From NCBI RefSeq assembly GCF_964194155.1, contig NC_135889.1, forward strand, positions 111,972,001 to 112,036,000: a DNA stretch of 64,000 nt. Direction: 5' to 3'. Made by a program: the position numbers and the translations under genes. Numbering within the stretch: position 1 is the stretch's first letter; each line of letters starts with the position of its first letter. Of the stretch, positions 48,323-61,234 are shown one piece after another. The notes beneath the pieces were generated by a model that had not been told where the DNA came from, searched no databases, and worked only from the letters and a program-made list of their open reading frames with translations. The stretch comes from Cetorhinus maximus. Its lineage: Eukaryota.

Positions 48323-50805
48323 AAGGTATGATTTCCTGTTAGTGGATTGCATGATCACAACATTTAGTGGAGAAACAGGTCGGGGGAGGGCTGCTTGTAA
48401 AAAACCCTGTCTGACTTTGCTTTATTAATTTTAATGAAGCAAAAATAGATCATGTTACATTATCCATCCTTTCCCCTATGTTCTGCGCCCATATGATCCT
48501 AAATGCTCACGCCCAAAGATGGGAAAAGCTTCAGCATTGTCTAAATTCTGAGATTTTGGTGATCAAAATAAATTGGCCCATTTTCTGAGTGAATCAGATG
48601 CATACTATGACATTAAAAAAAGGAAGGCACAATATTACACAGATTTTTTTTTAAATCCTTTTTTTGTTGCAATTCTGCCACCTCCTGCCCATCACATATC
48701 TTGGATTTTTCGTTGTCATATTCCAGTCTCAATGAATTTACTAAAGCAGCTGAGAGATTTCACAGTGTATCCAATCATTTTAGGCAAAAGGAGAGACACA
48801 TGAGGCAGAACTGGCTAATGGGCCACGAGTGATTAAATTACCTTTGAGGAGTATAATCATGGTTAAACATTTAAGGCCAGATTTAGCCTGTGAATCAGGG
48901 GATTGAACATATTTGCTGTAGGTCATTGGTGCACCAGTGCTTGATGTAGCATTAACTACTCTTGCCTAGCGAACCATCTACCAACCAGAAAGTACGCACA
49001 CTAACTGAACAAGTAAGCAAACAACTCAACTACATTATGTACAATGCCTTATAAAAACAAACAAAAAAAAATAGATATAGCCTAAAGCACCCCAGTGAAA
49101 TTTTAAAACTAAATCAGGCATATTCAACTTTATTTCATTTTAAATTTTAAGGAATAAACATTTGGTATCTTGCTGCTTTCAAAGTAAAGGCTTGAATCGA
49201 TTCAGATTCACAGCAAAATGTATACAGGAGATATAAATATGTTACATGCCATCTAAGCATTGAGTTTTCTGAAAGATTCATGCTTACTTATACCAGAATA
49301 AGTTGTCAAAAACACCGTGCATGCATTTAAGCAAGACAATAATTCTTTTTAGAAAAATGGGCATACAATCTACCTTTAGCAGATGGACATGTTCAGGTTT
49401 TATCATTGAACAATCTCATTATTCTTGATTTGATCAGTGCTCCCATCTGCTGGTTTTTCTCCCCATAACGCTCCCTGGTAGTTCTCAGCTTCTTGCTTTT
49501 AAATGTTTGACATTCTTATTTTTCCTTGGTTAAATTGTTCGCATCCACCAGGAGAGGAGTGGCAGGGGAGAGCTTGTCCTTGTCAAGCCACATTTGCGGC
49601 ACTATGGATGGGGAACAGGGAGAATCTTACTGAGCACATTTTAGCTTCTGTTTCAAAAGCAAACAGAGGTCGTCCTGCCCGATGTGATTAGATAAGCTGA
49701 CGCTCTGATTTAATTTATTTTCTTCCTTTCATGGTATTGATCACTGAGCTAATTCCTCAAGGAAAGTAACGTGCTTCTTCTTCCCGCTCCTGTTTAGAGG
49801 GATAATGTTATTTGAATAGAGATCTTGCTAGGAACAATTACCTGTTTTCTATCTATAAGATAGAAAAGGTGTGCTCCCTTCACACCTACTGCATAGCGAG
49901 AGAAATAACTCATAGTATTGAGAAAATGATGATCCAAATTAACTGAAACTATGCAAATATTACAAATTAGAGAAATAAAATTTTAAAAATTATTTTGTTG
50001 AAGTAATGTACCCAGTGGCGTGAATAGCTGGGGCTGATGAAAATATGATTTGACGTGTTATGACTGTTGAAAAGTGCTACAATAAGCTATAGTTGAAGAT
50101 ATGCAGTGTGGTTGAAAATGGATACTATGCTTGGTGATAAGACTGGGGATATTAAGATTACCAAATTTCACAGTGCATGATGTTATGTAACTGATGCACC
50201 AAGTGATATAGTTAATCCTGCATGATTAAAAACTGATGTGAAGCAAGGCCCTATGTTTGGAAATGAAATGAGAGGTTGGATGAATTCTAAGCTATACTGA
50301 GTAACTAAAATAAAATGACCGAGACTGAGGAATGATGTTCTAAAAACTTATAGAAATACAGATAAATGTCTAACAATTAGCTTTTGAGAACAAGTTATAA
50401 TGTACTATTGTTAAGGTGAAGAAGGAACAAAAAGTCCAAATACTGCCCTAGCCAAGCACCACACTGCATGCCAAAACACCTGAAGAATACCTAGAAGAAC
50501 TCAGAAAATAGCAAATTTGACAGTATGTCCATAAACGTAGATAGTCACCTCAGCAATATAGAACACTGGGCAAGTACTAGAACATTGAATTGGCTGTATG
50601 TTTTAAGCGAGTGTCACAATCATGGGTAGTGTGTTGATCTGGAGGGGTAGGGGCACATGAGGGGGTCGGGGTGAAGCAGGATTTCTAGCAGTTCCTCTGC
50701 TGACCCAAGAAAAGGTTGGCTCTATGGGTCGTTAATTGGACCTTCCTATGCATAATGCCAAAGGGTGGATACCATGCTGCGTACACTCTACCCATTCATG
50801 TATGT

Positions 50806-52512
50806 CAGCTGTGGCTCAGTGGTTCACCTTCTTGCCTCAAAATCAGAATGTTGTGGGTTGAAGGCTCATTCGAGTTCCTGAGCGCAAAATAAAACATCTA
50901 GGCTGACAGTGAAGTATTGAGGGAGTGCTGCACCACTGGGGATGCCATCTTTCAGATGATACAGTCATAGAATCTTTACAGTGCAGAAAGAGGCCATTTG
51001 GCCCATTGAGTCTGCACTGGCTCTCTGAAATAACATTCTATCTAGTCCCACTCCCCTGCCTTATCCCTGTAACCTTGCACATTCTTTCTTTTCAGGTAGC
51101 AATCCAATTCCCTTTTGAATACCTCAATCGAACCTGCCTCCTTCACCCTCTCAGGAAGTTCATTCCAGACCCCAACCACCCTCTGGGTGAAAAAAAAAAA
51201 CTGTCCTCACATCACATTTACTCCTTTTGCCAGTTGTTTTGAATCTGTGCCGTCTAGTTCCTGATGCTCCCTTGATTGGGAACAGTTTCTCACTATTTAC
51301 CCTACCCATACCCTTCAGGACTTTGAATACCTCTATTTATTCTCCTCACAGCCTTCTTTTCTCCAAAGAAAACAGACCCACTCTCTCCAACTATCCTTAT
51401 AGCTACAGTTCATCATTCCTGGAATCATTCTCCTCTGCAGTCTCTCCACTGTTTTCACTTCCTCAAGTATAGTGCCCAGAACTGGACACAGTACCGCAGG
51501 TGAGGCCTAACTAGTGTCTTATACAAGTTCAACATGACCTCCTCACTCTTGTGCTCAATGCCCCTATTAATAAAGCCTAAAGATACTACAAGCTTTATTA
51601 ACTGCTCTCTTAACATGCCCTACCATTTTCAATGACTTATGTACATATACAACGAGGACCCTCAGCTCCTGCACCTCCTTTAGAGATTCTCCATTTATTT
51701 TATATTGTGTCTCCATGCTCTTCCTGCCAAAATGAGTCACCTCACACTTCTCCACATTGAACTTCATCTGCCACTTGTCTGCCCAATCTACCAGCGTGAC
51801 GATGTCCTTTTGAAGTCCAAGACTATCCTCATCACATTTACAATGTTTCCAATCGTCGTATCATCTGCAAATTTTGAAATCATGCCCTGAACACCACAGT
51901 CTAGGTCATTAAGATATATCCAGAAGAGCAAGGGTCCCAACATTGACCCCTGGGAAACTCCACTACAAACCTTCCTCCAATCTGAAAAACATCCATTATC
52001 CACTACTCTTTGTTTCCTGTCAGTCAGCTAATTTCTTATCCAAGTGTCTACTTTCCCTTTTATTCCATGAGCTAGAATTTTGCTCACAAGTCTGTTGTGT
52101 GGCACTGTATCGAATGCCTTTTGAAAATCCATATGCACCACATCAGCAGCATTGCCTTTATCAACCTTCTCTGTTACCGCCTCAAAAACCTCCAGCAAGT
52201 TAGTTCAACATGATTTTCCCTTAATACATTAAACTGATGCCTCATCTGCTCTCTAAGGTGGATATAAAAGATCCGATGGCACTATTTTGAAGAAGTGCAG
52301 GGGAATTATCCCCAGTGCGTTGCCAAATATCCATCAATTAACATCACAAAACAGACTATCTGTTCATTATCACACTCATTCATGGGAGCTGGCCGTGCAC
52401 AAATTGCCTGGAACTTTACCTACATTACAAATTCAAAAGTGCTTCACTAGCTGTAAAGCGCTTTGAGAGGTGCTGTGGTTGTGAATGGCGCTATACAAAT
52501 GTAAGTCTTTTT
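50806..52512 (+). mobile_element. DeuSINE (SacSINE1-like) split by a CR1 insertion
   Basis: tRNA head gtggctcagtgg. The Deu-type core tttcagatgataca|ttaaactga...ggatataaaagatccgatggcact is reconstituted once 50964-52223 is removed. L2-type tail ...gcgctatacaaatgtaagtc. Confidence 0.8.
50964..52223 (-). mobile_element. CR1 LINE, 5'-truncated, with 5-bp direct repeat ataca
   Basis: ORFs give GVSQGSMLGPLLF...ISKFADDT and MKFNVEKCEVTHFGRK. ataca occurs at 50959-50963 and 52224-52228. Confidence 0.93.
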
Positions 52513-53177
52513 TTCCCCCCCACCCCTCCATGAAAGTTGCATTCAGGTCTTACGAATAGCTTAGCACCCCGCCCATTTACAAATTAATGTTCAGCACTCC
52601 AGTCAACCATTTCCAAAACTGGTTTAAAATTGCAGCTGGTGGATCAGGAGCAGAAAGAGGGCAGAAAGTTCAGCTCTGCCGTTTTACTGAGGTGGGTCAC
52701 AGGGTGATGTTGCACCATTCGCTTTCGCTTTCTTATTAACCTTACTCCAAGGAACTGAACGCTAAAACACATTTGAACATTGAATAAAGTTAGTTGATTA
52801 TTCCAGCAGAGAGAAAAAAAGTATCCTTTGCATAAAGGTCATTCCTGCCTAACACAACTTGATAAGAGCAAGCAGCATGGTGTAGCAAGGTTCGAAAAGC
52901 CCAAATGACCTACATGGGTCTCTTGTGCCAGTGGACTCTCTCAACTAAACACAAACATAAACTTACACTAATGATCAGCGACCTTTTAACAATTGTGTAG
53001 TTATAATGATTTAATGGGTTTTTTTTCCCCCTATTTGAGTTTGACATAATATTCTGCAGTTCAGTTTTATTGTGACAACCAATCAGTGATCTACAGATTG
53101 TGCCACAGTTTTAAGCCATTTAAACATTTTCACCATTAACTGATTGATTAGCTAAATAATGAGGAACTGATTAGCCT

Positions 53178-53400
53178 TGGCCAGGTCTTGTGGCACAGTG
53201 GGTAAAGTCCCTGCCTCTCAGCTAGATGTTTTGAGTTCACGTCCCACTCCAGGACTTGATGACCACAGAAAGTGAAGCTGATAGTGCAGCCAAACAAGAT
53301 GGTTATCAACCTGCAAAATCCTTCCACCGTGGCCAAGGCAGGCATGAAGATTAGGATGGTCTCCTGGTTGGTCATGCTCAATGTGGAACATATCAAGCTG
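53178..53400 (+). mobile_element. tRNA-derived SINE fragment
   Basis: A-box-like tggcacagtggg and B-box-like gagttcacgtccc. Confidence 0.5.
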
Positions 53401-53888
53401 TAGCCTCTGGCTTCCCGCGAGTGACCTGTTCCAGGAAACTTAAGCTTTGGAAATAGAGGTAGACATCTGCCACATGTGTCTCCAGATGTGGGAAATTTTC
53501 TAAAGCTAGGATTAGCCTACCGTATTAACTGTCAAGCTTTGCTTGTTTGTTCTGTAGAATATATAAAGCACAGAATGCATCAAATAAGTAATGATTATTG
53601 TTACACTGTTGAAAGTGGATTAAGAAATCCCACACTCTAAAAGAAATGGTTGATCAGTAATAAGGATGAACACTGTAGCAACGATTCTCCTGTATGTGCA
53701 GGGTCACCAAATTTAACCCTGTTGTGGAATCATGCACCACAGAGCAAGGCTATTTGGCCCTTTATGCCTACTGGTTTCAAAGAGTTACACAATTAGTTCC
53801 ACTCCACTTATCTTTCCCTAAAGTATTGTAAATGTTCCCTTTCAAATGTACACCCGATTCCCTTTTGAAAGTTGCTACCGGCTTTATA

Positions 53889-55540
53889 GGCTGGGTTTTA
53901 CAGAGGGGAATTGGGTAGGTGTCCCTGCCCCCCACACCGTTATAAATTATGGTGTCATGATGTTGGATCGCCAATCTAATGTCATCATGACAATCTCGAA
54001 TCAGACGGAAGGTGAGCGGGCCCCAAAGCCGGAAACCTGCCCGCCTTTGGAAATCGATTGATTTAAATACAATTAAGCTCATTATGATCCCAATGTTACA
54101 GGGCCCGCTCCATTTTACAGAGGTTTCGTGGGCAAAAACTATCCGGGGATAAAAAGGCCACGAACAGTTGAAAGGTCAGATGTTGCATCTAGTCGATGAT
54201 TTTGCTACTGAAGAGGAGATGGTTGAGTGCAATTTTTGTTTTTGGCAACTTTGTGCTTTTCGACAGCCAAAAATAAAACAATGAGAGGCCAGGCGTTTTG
54301 GAGACAAAGATTTCCTTAAGGATGAAGGCTCAAACAGGAGTCCAAAGGTGACTGTCTCTATGACGATTGGACATTCTTCAGGAAGCTCCTCCAGCAAGGA
54401 GGAGGCCAAGAGAAGGTGGCTCAGGAAGGCAAATGGCCAAGGACACGTGGGCCCTGCCAAACAGGTGCAGAATGGATCTGGTCCTATGCAAAGGGTAGAT
54501 GGCCACCGAGAACAACAGCAGCCAGTTCCTCAAAGGAGAAGGCACTCTCCAGTGCGTAGAATATTCAAGCGGAGCATGAACTACCTGCAGCTGTTGAAGC
54601 ACCCCTGTCTGCGCAGACTGATTATCTCCATGGAGACACTGATGTTCCTTTGTGACCTGCTGGCTGGCGAGATCAGCTCTAATTGCATGGATGGACACCC
54701 AATACCTGCAGCTCTAATGGTCACCATGGCTTTGTACTTGTATGCCTCAGGGTCTTTCCAGGCATTAGCTGGAGATATTTGCAACATTTCACAAGCTTCT
54801 GCACACAATTGCAAAAAGGTGGTGATGGATGTAATATTTAGGCATGCAAACCTTCACCTGAGGTTCATCAGGTAGAGAAAGCCAGAGGATTTAGGAATAT
54901 TACTGGATTCTCAAAAGTGATAGTTTGCATAGATTGCACGCTTATGTTGCCATTAAGTCTCCAGCCGGCCATTTGTAAACCATAAAGGGTTTCATTCCCC
55001 AAATATCCAACTGGTGAGTAATCATCACCAAAGCATAATTCAGGTCTGTGTGCGTTATCCAGGGAGGATAACGTTATCATGTCACAACATATAGATCCTT
55101 TGGTACTCACAAGTGCCACAGCTTTTCAATGGGGAGGTAGATTCTTGATAACAAGTGCTATACATTGAAGAGATAACTAACTGAAGAGATGCCTGGACTG
55201 TTCAGGAGACATTCTGCCATATGCTCATGCTCGGGTCTCACTAATTCTCGAGGTATGCTGCGCCCTCCGTAACCTGGTGCTCCAGAGAAGGGAAACCCTA
55301 ACAGAGAAGAATTTACTGGATGGGGCCACATCCTCTGGTGACAAATCAGAGCAGCTTTCTGAGGATAAGCAAGAGGAGCCAGGCCAGTTTGCAACAGAAG
55401 CTGAGGGGCATAAAGTGCTAGAGAGACGCGGAAGTTTCTCATTCTGCAACGTTTCACCCGAGATTATGGATGCCTTCTATTAAAAAGATCATCATCTTGT
55501 AGACCTTCGCAATGTCACTGCAGGCCATCACTCCCCCCAG
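53889..55540 (+). mobile_element. Harbinger/PIF element relic with decayed DDE transposase (about 54348-55483)
   Basis: ORF 54348..54875 (LCDLL...ALYLYASGSFQ...GDICNISQASAH) is followed by frameshifted [27 protein letters not shown]...VRYPG and CCALRNL, which are HARBI1-like transposase motifs. TIR-like start ggctgggtttta. Confidence 0.88.
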
Positions 55541-55639
55541 GGCCATTATGCATGTGTCAAATGCAAGACAGGCACTGAGGAGGGTCACTGGAGCACACAT
55601 GACCTACAATTCCCTGGTTAACAGTTAACAAGTCAATAC

Positions 55640-56098
55640 ACATTTGCAAGTTTACAAGGGAAAATGTTACATTTAAGAGAAGGAAGAGGATATTGCATAG
55701 ACAATGGAATGGAGAATTGAAGAAAAGGTAAGGAGTTTGATATGGAGTGTGGCACTGAAACACAGATTCTGAGGAAAGAGAAGGCCAGGCTTCTCAAGAG
55801 TTTTGAGATATGACCGTGGAGATGCCTAGAGAAGATAAAGTGGACAGACAGGGAAAGTGAGGAGGAGATGTTGTCGATGATTAATTAATATTATCAGGAA
55901 AAGGCAAATGAGTTGGATTGGGCATGTCCTGAGAGTGGATGGGATGTTCAAAGGGGTGTTGGAAGACTGAATGCAAGGAAAAAAGCCAAGAGGGGGGAAA
56001 AGAATGATGCTTTTGAATTGAAGAGTAGAGCACATCTGAATAGTTCAGAGAAGAAGATATTGATTTAAGACCTGCATTAGGCAAATCAATGATGATGA
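55640..56098 (+). mobile_element. RTE-clade LINE 3' fragment
   Basis: Remnants SFEI*PWRCLEKIKWTDR, IRKRQMSWIGHVLRVDG and GKKPRGG, with an (atg)n tail. Confidence 0.7.
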
Positions 56099-57229
56099 CA
56101 TAGAGGGCATTTTCTCCAATGCACCTGTGGTGGATGCCTGAAGAAGCTATTCACATCGTCTCATTCTGCTGCAGTTCTATTTCTTTCTTTTTCAAAGATT
56201 TATCGATTTTTCTTTCAAGTGCTGGTTTGAATTCTGCTCTTACCACCGTCTCTGAGGTCAAGTGACATCATTTAGATCCCGGCGCCATTTCTATCTCTGC
56301 CCACCCGCTACTGCCAGTTCCTGCTCACATCCACCACCAATACATGCAGGTGGCAAGCACAGAGCAATTGTTCTCAAAAGGGATCCTCAGCTACTATCAA
56401 ATCATGATGGATGGAACTTTTAAAGAGATGTCTTTCTGGCAGGTTTTTTTTTTGTTGATTTCCCGTTTTTAATGGAAATGAAATCTTATGGGCATATTGC
56501 TGTGGGATCAATCTGCATTCAATGGCTGGTATTTCACAATGCTCTTTCTTTCTGTTTCCTATATTGGCCGGGAAATTCTTGTCCCATCGAGGGTGGGACC
56601 TGCTGCGGGCGAGGTGGTGCGGAAAATCCCTCGGATTGTGTTGTTGAGTTGGAGTAGTCTCAATAACTCCCAAGGACTGCCGTCTGTAAATACACTAAAC
56701 TTATTGTAACATATCTACAGTTATGAGAACACTCCCTTACACTAACTTCCCTCCACGATGCTTTCTCCCTGACTCAGATCACATGAGAAATGTCACTTCC
56801 TTCTATGACATCACAGTCTATTGCAGTTAACCCTTTGTCCGACTTAGTCCAACACACTCCATTATATTACATTTCCCATGCTAGGCAGGTTAAGCTCATA
56901 CCATAGGCAGTTGACGTTAGGCACACTCGCCTTCCTCTCTGCAAGTTGTTGAGCTGCTTTTGGGGAATGTGTTTCATGCTGGCAGCTCACCGACTGCATT
57001 TTAATGATTGCCAACCACAATAAAATGGATCAGGTTCCATGCTGCGCCCTCTGTCTCATCACCATGCACACCCTGTCCATTGCCCACATATTTACCAGAT
57101 ACACCTGAAGTTATGTCACAGCCCTGTATTTAGAGTTTGAGCAAATTCCTTTTTGAAGTATAGGGCTAACACTTCATGCTGTTCCTGCTTTGAATTCCGG
57201 CAAATTTTACCATGCTGTTTCATTATCTG

Positions 57230-57830
57230 TGCTTACCTTTTTCTATTTACTCTATCTCCTCTTCTTGTATCTTTCCATTCTCACCCTTGTGTTAAAACCA
57301 AGGCAAAGTACTCATTTAGCATGTTTGCTACTTCTTTATCCGGATTGAGATGATCTTTTTGTCTCTAAATGGTCTTACCCTTTGTTAACTTTTTGTTACA
57401 TCTCCTGTGTTTATGAGATCTTTCACTATTTGCTTTTATATTTTCTGCCAGGCTTTCTTCAAACCCCGCTTAATCCTTTAATCTCCTTTTTAGCTTTCCC
57501 AGAGCTTACATCCTCGGGACTTAATTTTCATTTCCTTAAATTTTGCCAGATTTGCCCTATGTCTTTTAGCCTGATTTTAATTTTAAATTCCCCACTCATC
57601 CAAGAAAGTAGTTTTTGCTGTATCCCAATTAATTGTGGGAGCCTATTCCATACTTGATATATCTCCCGTTTGAACATTTTTCAATGTTCATCTGCTGTCT
57701 TATCTGCTGATTTGCCATTCCAATTTATCTGGGATAGTTTCTTTTTTATCACACCAAAATTTGTTATTTTTCATGTCAAGTACTTTTATCTTTGAATGGT
57801 CTTCCTCCTTTTTTCAGGTTGAATCGAATG
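57230..57830 (-). mobile_element. Highly degenerate CR1-type fragment (endonuclease-RT linker)
   Basis: Reverse complement of ggcaaagtactcatttagcatgtttgc reads ANMLNEYFALVLT, a CR1-like motif. Confidence 0.5.
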
Positions 57831-59005
57831 ATCGGCTGTAGTTGTAATGAATAAAGATTAAAGACAGAAGTGCCTAAATTTTATAGCACCAGAAATAGGC
57901 ATACAGATCTCCGTGCATGATTCATCTGCCCCGTTGATCGCAATACAAGCTACATGATAACTTTGTACTGCCTGCATTTTTCAATAATAGCAGAATCCAG
58001 CCAGCTCCATCCATGCTGTTGATTGGCAGGGCACCTGAGCAGGAGGCCAATATTGTGAGGGGCTAGCAGAATTAAAACAAGCCCATGCTGCTAAACGTTA
58101 GTCTACACCTCTTAGGGGAGTTAGATTGTGGCTGGTGCAGGCGTTGGCAGCTGTGCAGGAAGTGTATCTGACTTGGGAACATTGAATAATGACACAACAT
58201 GGGAGAGAATGGGATTCATGGTTTTCAGATGCTGTACTGGAAGCTTTGGAGGAGGACCTGGAAGGGAGGAGGAGAGATGTCCTGTACCCATCGAGAGCCA
58301 GAGACCTTAAAGATATATGCTCAGAAGGGAGCGGGAGCATTTTATATGAGGTCAATGCAAGGAGTCAAGCCCCAAGGACCTGGATGTAGTTTCACAAGCC
58401 GTTTAATGACTTCAAACATGTGGTTGAGGTCAGAGAGTGCACCTTTAAATGGCATATCCTATTAACTACACTAGGCTCAGCCAATGCAGAAATCACCATG
58501 TCCTGATCACTCACCTCCCATCTATCCCTATCAATCAGGACTAATATCTGACACTGTACCCTCATCACATATCACAGTTGCAAGCCTCACATGCACATCC
58601 GACAGCTCGAACACAATTCCAGCTGTTCACCCATGGCATACACATCACCCAAACAGATTGTACAACACTCACTGACAGGAGAAGGGGGTCACACAGGGAC
58701 CAGCCAGAGCCTACAGATCCTAAGTCCCATGGAGGAGATGGTACTGGCCATTATCTGGACAGTCATTGCGGAGGCTATGGCTGAAACCAAACTATTTTCA
58801 TACCTAATCCTCTATCTCACATCCCACTTCCCCTTGTCCCACACTTTTTTCTGATCTACTAGCTGCAGATCATGTAAGTATGTACCCCTTACTTTCCTCC
58901 TGCCATCTCCACAACACAACCTTACCCTCCTGCCTTTCTCCTTTCAGAAAACCAAAAAATGCAGTCTGGCCAGGGATTGGAAGAACAGGAGGAATAGAAA
59001 AACAG

Positions 59006-59778
59006 CATGTTATATAAACGGAGAGAGATTGCAGAACTCTGAGGTACAGAGGGATCTGGGTGTCCTAGTACATGAATTAGGAAAAATTAATATGCAGGTA
59101 CAGCAAGTGATTAGGAAGGCAAATGGAATGTTGTCCTTTATTGCAATGGGAATGGAATATAAAAGTGGGGATGTTTTGCTACAGCTGTACAGATGTGAGA
59201 CCACATCTTGCTTACTGTGTACAGTTTTGGTCTCCTTATCTAAGAAAAGAAATAAATGAATTAAAAGCAGTTCAGAAAAGGTTCACTTGACAGATACCTA
59301 GGATGGGGGAGGGCGGTGGGGGGGTTGGTTCTTATGAGGAAAGGTTGGACAGGCTGGGCCTATACCCATTGGAGGTTAGAAGATTGAGAGGTGATCTTAT
59401 TGAAACATATAAGATCCTGAGAGGGCTTGACAGGGCGGGTGCTGAAAGGATGTTTCCCCTTATGGGAGAGTCTAGAACTAGGGGACACTGTTTAAAAATA
59501 AAGAGTCTCCCATTTAAGACAGAGATGAGAAGATTTTTTTTGTTGTGATGTATTTGTGAATCTTTGTATTCTCTTCCCCAGGGAGCGGTGGAGGCAGGGT
59601 TAATGAATATTTTTAAGGCAGAGGTAGATAGATTCTTGATTAACAAGGGAGTCAAAGGCTATCAGGTATATGTGGAATGTGGAGTTGAGGCCGCAATCAG
59701 ATCAGCCATGATCTTATTGAATGGTGGTGCAGGCTCGATGGGCCAAATGGCCTACTCCTGCTCCTAATCTGTATGCAC
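59006..59778 (+). mobile_element. CR1 LINE 3' fragment inserted into the Harbinger Myb gene
   Basis: [18 protein letters not shown] and YEERLDRLGLYPLE...RTRGH motifs. Same subfamily as 11575-12330. Confidence 0.92.
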
Positions 59779-59902
59779 TTAAGGCTGTAAAGATGAAGAA
59801 ACACTGTCACTCGATTTCACACTCACAGTCAGCAGCTCAGATGCTGACACTGCATCTAATTTAGAAAGTAACACATCTGCACATAGCGAGACGCCAGATG
59901 TG

Positions 59903-60086
59903 AGTGGCCTATATCCAGGGGCAGGAGCAAGGATAACGCAGGTGCTGGGGCTTGCAGGATTTCTGCTGCAGAGGACTCAGATAGGCACTTCAATGGGGCA
60001 GCTTACGGAAGAATGCTGATGGGTAACCACAACAAAGTGCCCGGTGCATTGAGAAGTCTGCCAGGAAGCCTGAAGCCAACGTGAAG
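59903..60086 (+). repeat. 184-bp direct repeat, copy 1 (native position in the Myb gene)
   Basis: Identical to 61051-61234 except one base (cctgAagcc vs cctgAggcc). Confidence 0.95.
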
Positions 60087-61050
60087 GAACATGGAGGAAT
60101 CCAGCACCAGTTTCACCTGGGGCTTCATCAGGAGATTGGCGTCCATACCATCCAGCATGGAAATGCTGGCCAACTCCATTCCCACACTCGAGCACTTAAC
60201 CAATACCTGCTGGCCGATATTGCTGTTTCTACTGCAGCACCTTCAGCGGCCACTCATAGTCTGGTTGCAGCAGTGGAAGCTCAGATTGCTGTCATGCAAG
60301 CTTACACTGCAACCATCATGATTGTGGGATAGCAGTGTGCAAAGAGACTTTTAGGCAATCCATCTAGCAGTCTGTCCACTAGTTGATTCTCTGGAACATG
60401 AACCTGCTTTCTACCCTCAAGATAGCATTCATCTTCCCACTCCTGCCACCCTGCCAGTGTCCCTGCTGTTTCCTGTTAGCCAGCAAGGCTAGGCTGGTGC
60501 CGCCCATGCCAAGAGCTGTTCAAGATCATCCTCCCAAGGCCATCTGCACCATCTTCAACTTTCCTCCAGCCATGCTGCAGTCTCTGAGGTAACAGCATGT
60601 CGGAGATCGAGGACAGGCAAAAGCAGACAGAAGAGCTGGCAGTGAGAGAATGCACAAGGGTGAATAGTTGACTGTTGTATGCAATATGAAAGACTTCATT
60701 TATAAACTTGGTTTGCAATGTTTATTTTGAGGTGGCTTTTATTTTTACATTGTGTCTCGGTGAATAATGCAATGGGCATTGACAGAGGAAAGGTACAGAG
60801 TGGCCCAGTTTGTGAAGGGGGAATTGTGGTTACTGGTATTGCAATTGTCGGAATTTCACACAGACAGCCCAGGTAGAAATGGACTGTCTAGGTTCCCTTT
60901 TCTCTTCTTAACCCTGCTCCCCCTCCTCATGTTCTGGCTCTTCAGCTGTTTGCTGTGTAGCCGGTGGCAAGGGTTGTCCCCCCATCATGGCGAGGTTGGG
61001 CAACATACAGCCAACCACTAAGAATCTTGACACCTGCTCTGCTGAGTGTC

Positions 61051-61234
61051 AGTGGCCTATATCCAGGGGCAGGAGCAAGGATAACGCAGGTGCTGGGGCT
61101 TGCAGGATTTCTGCTGCAGAGGACTCAGATAGGCACTTCAATGGGGCAGCTTACGGAAGAATGCTGATGGGTAACCACAACAAAGTGCCCGGTGCATTGA
61201 GAAGTCTGCCAGGAAGCCTGAGGCCAACGTGAAG
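61051..61234 (+). repeat. 184-bp direct repeat, copy 2 (ectopic, inside the transposase)
   Basis: Interrupts the minus-strand transposase between LK*HF and (Y)SAEQVSR. Confidence 0.95.

Noticed and set aside
54348-54875. 175-aa ORF as a functional HARBI1 host gene
   Set aside because: The catalytic DDE region downstream is frameshifted, deleted and contains stops, so it is a transposon relic.
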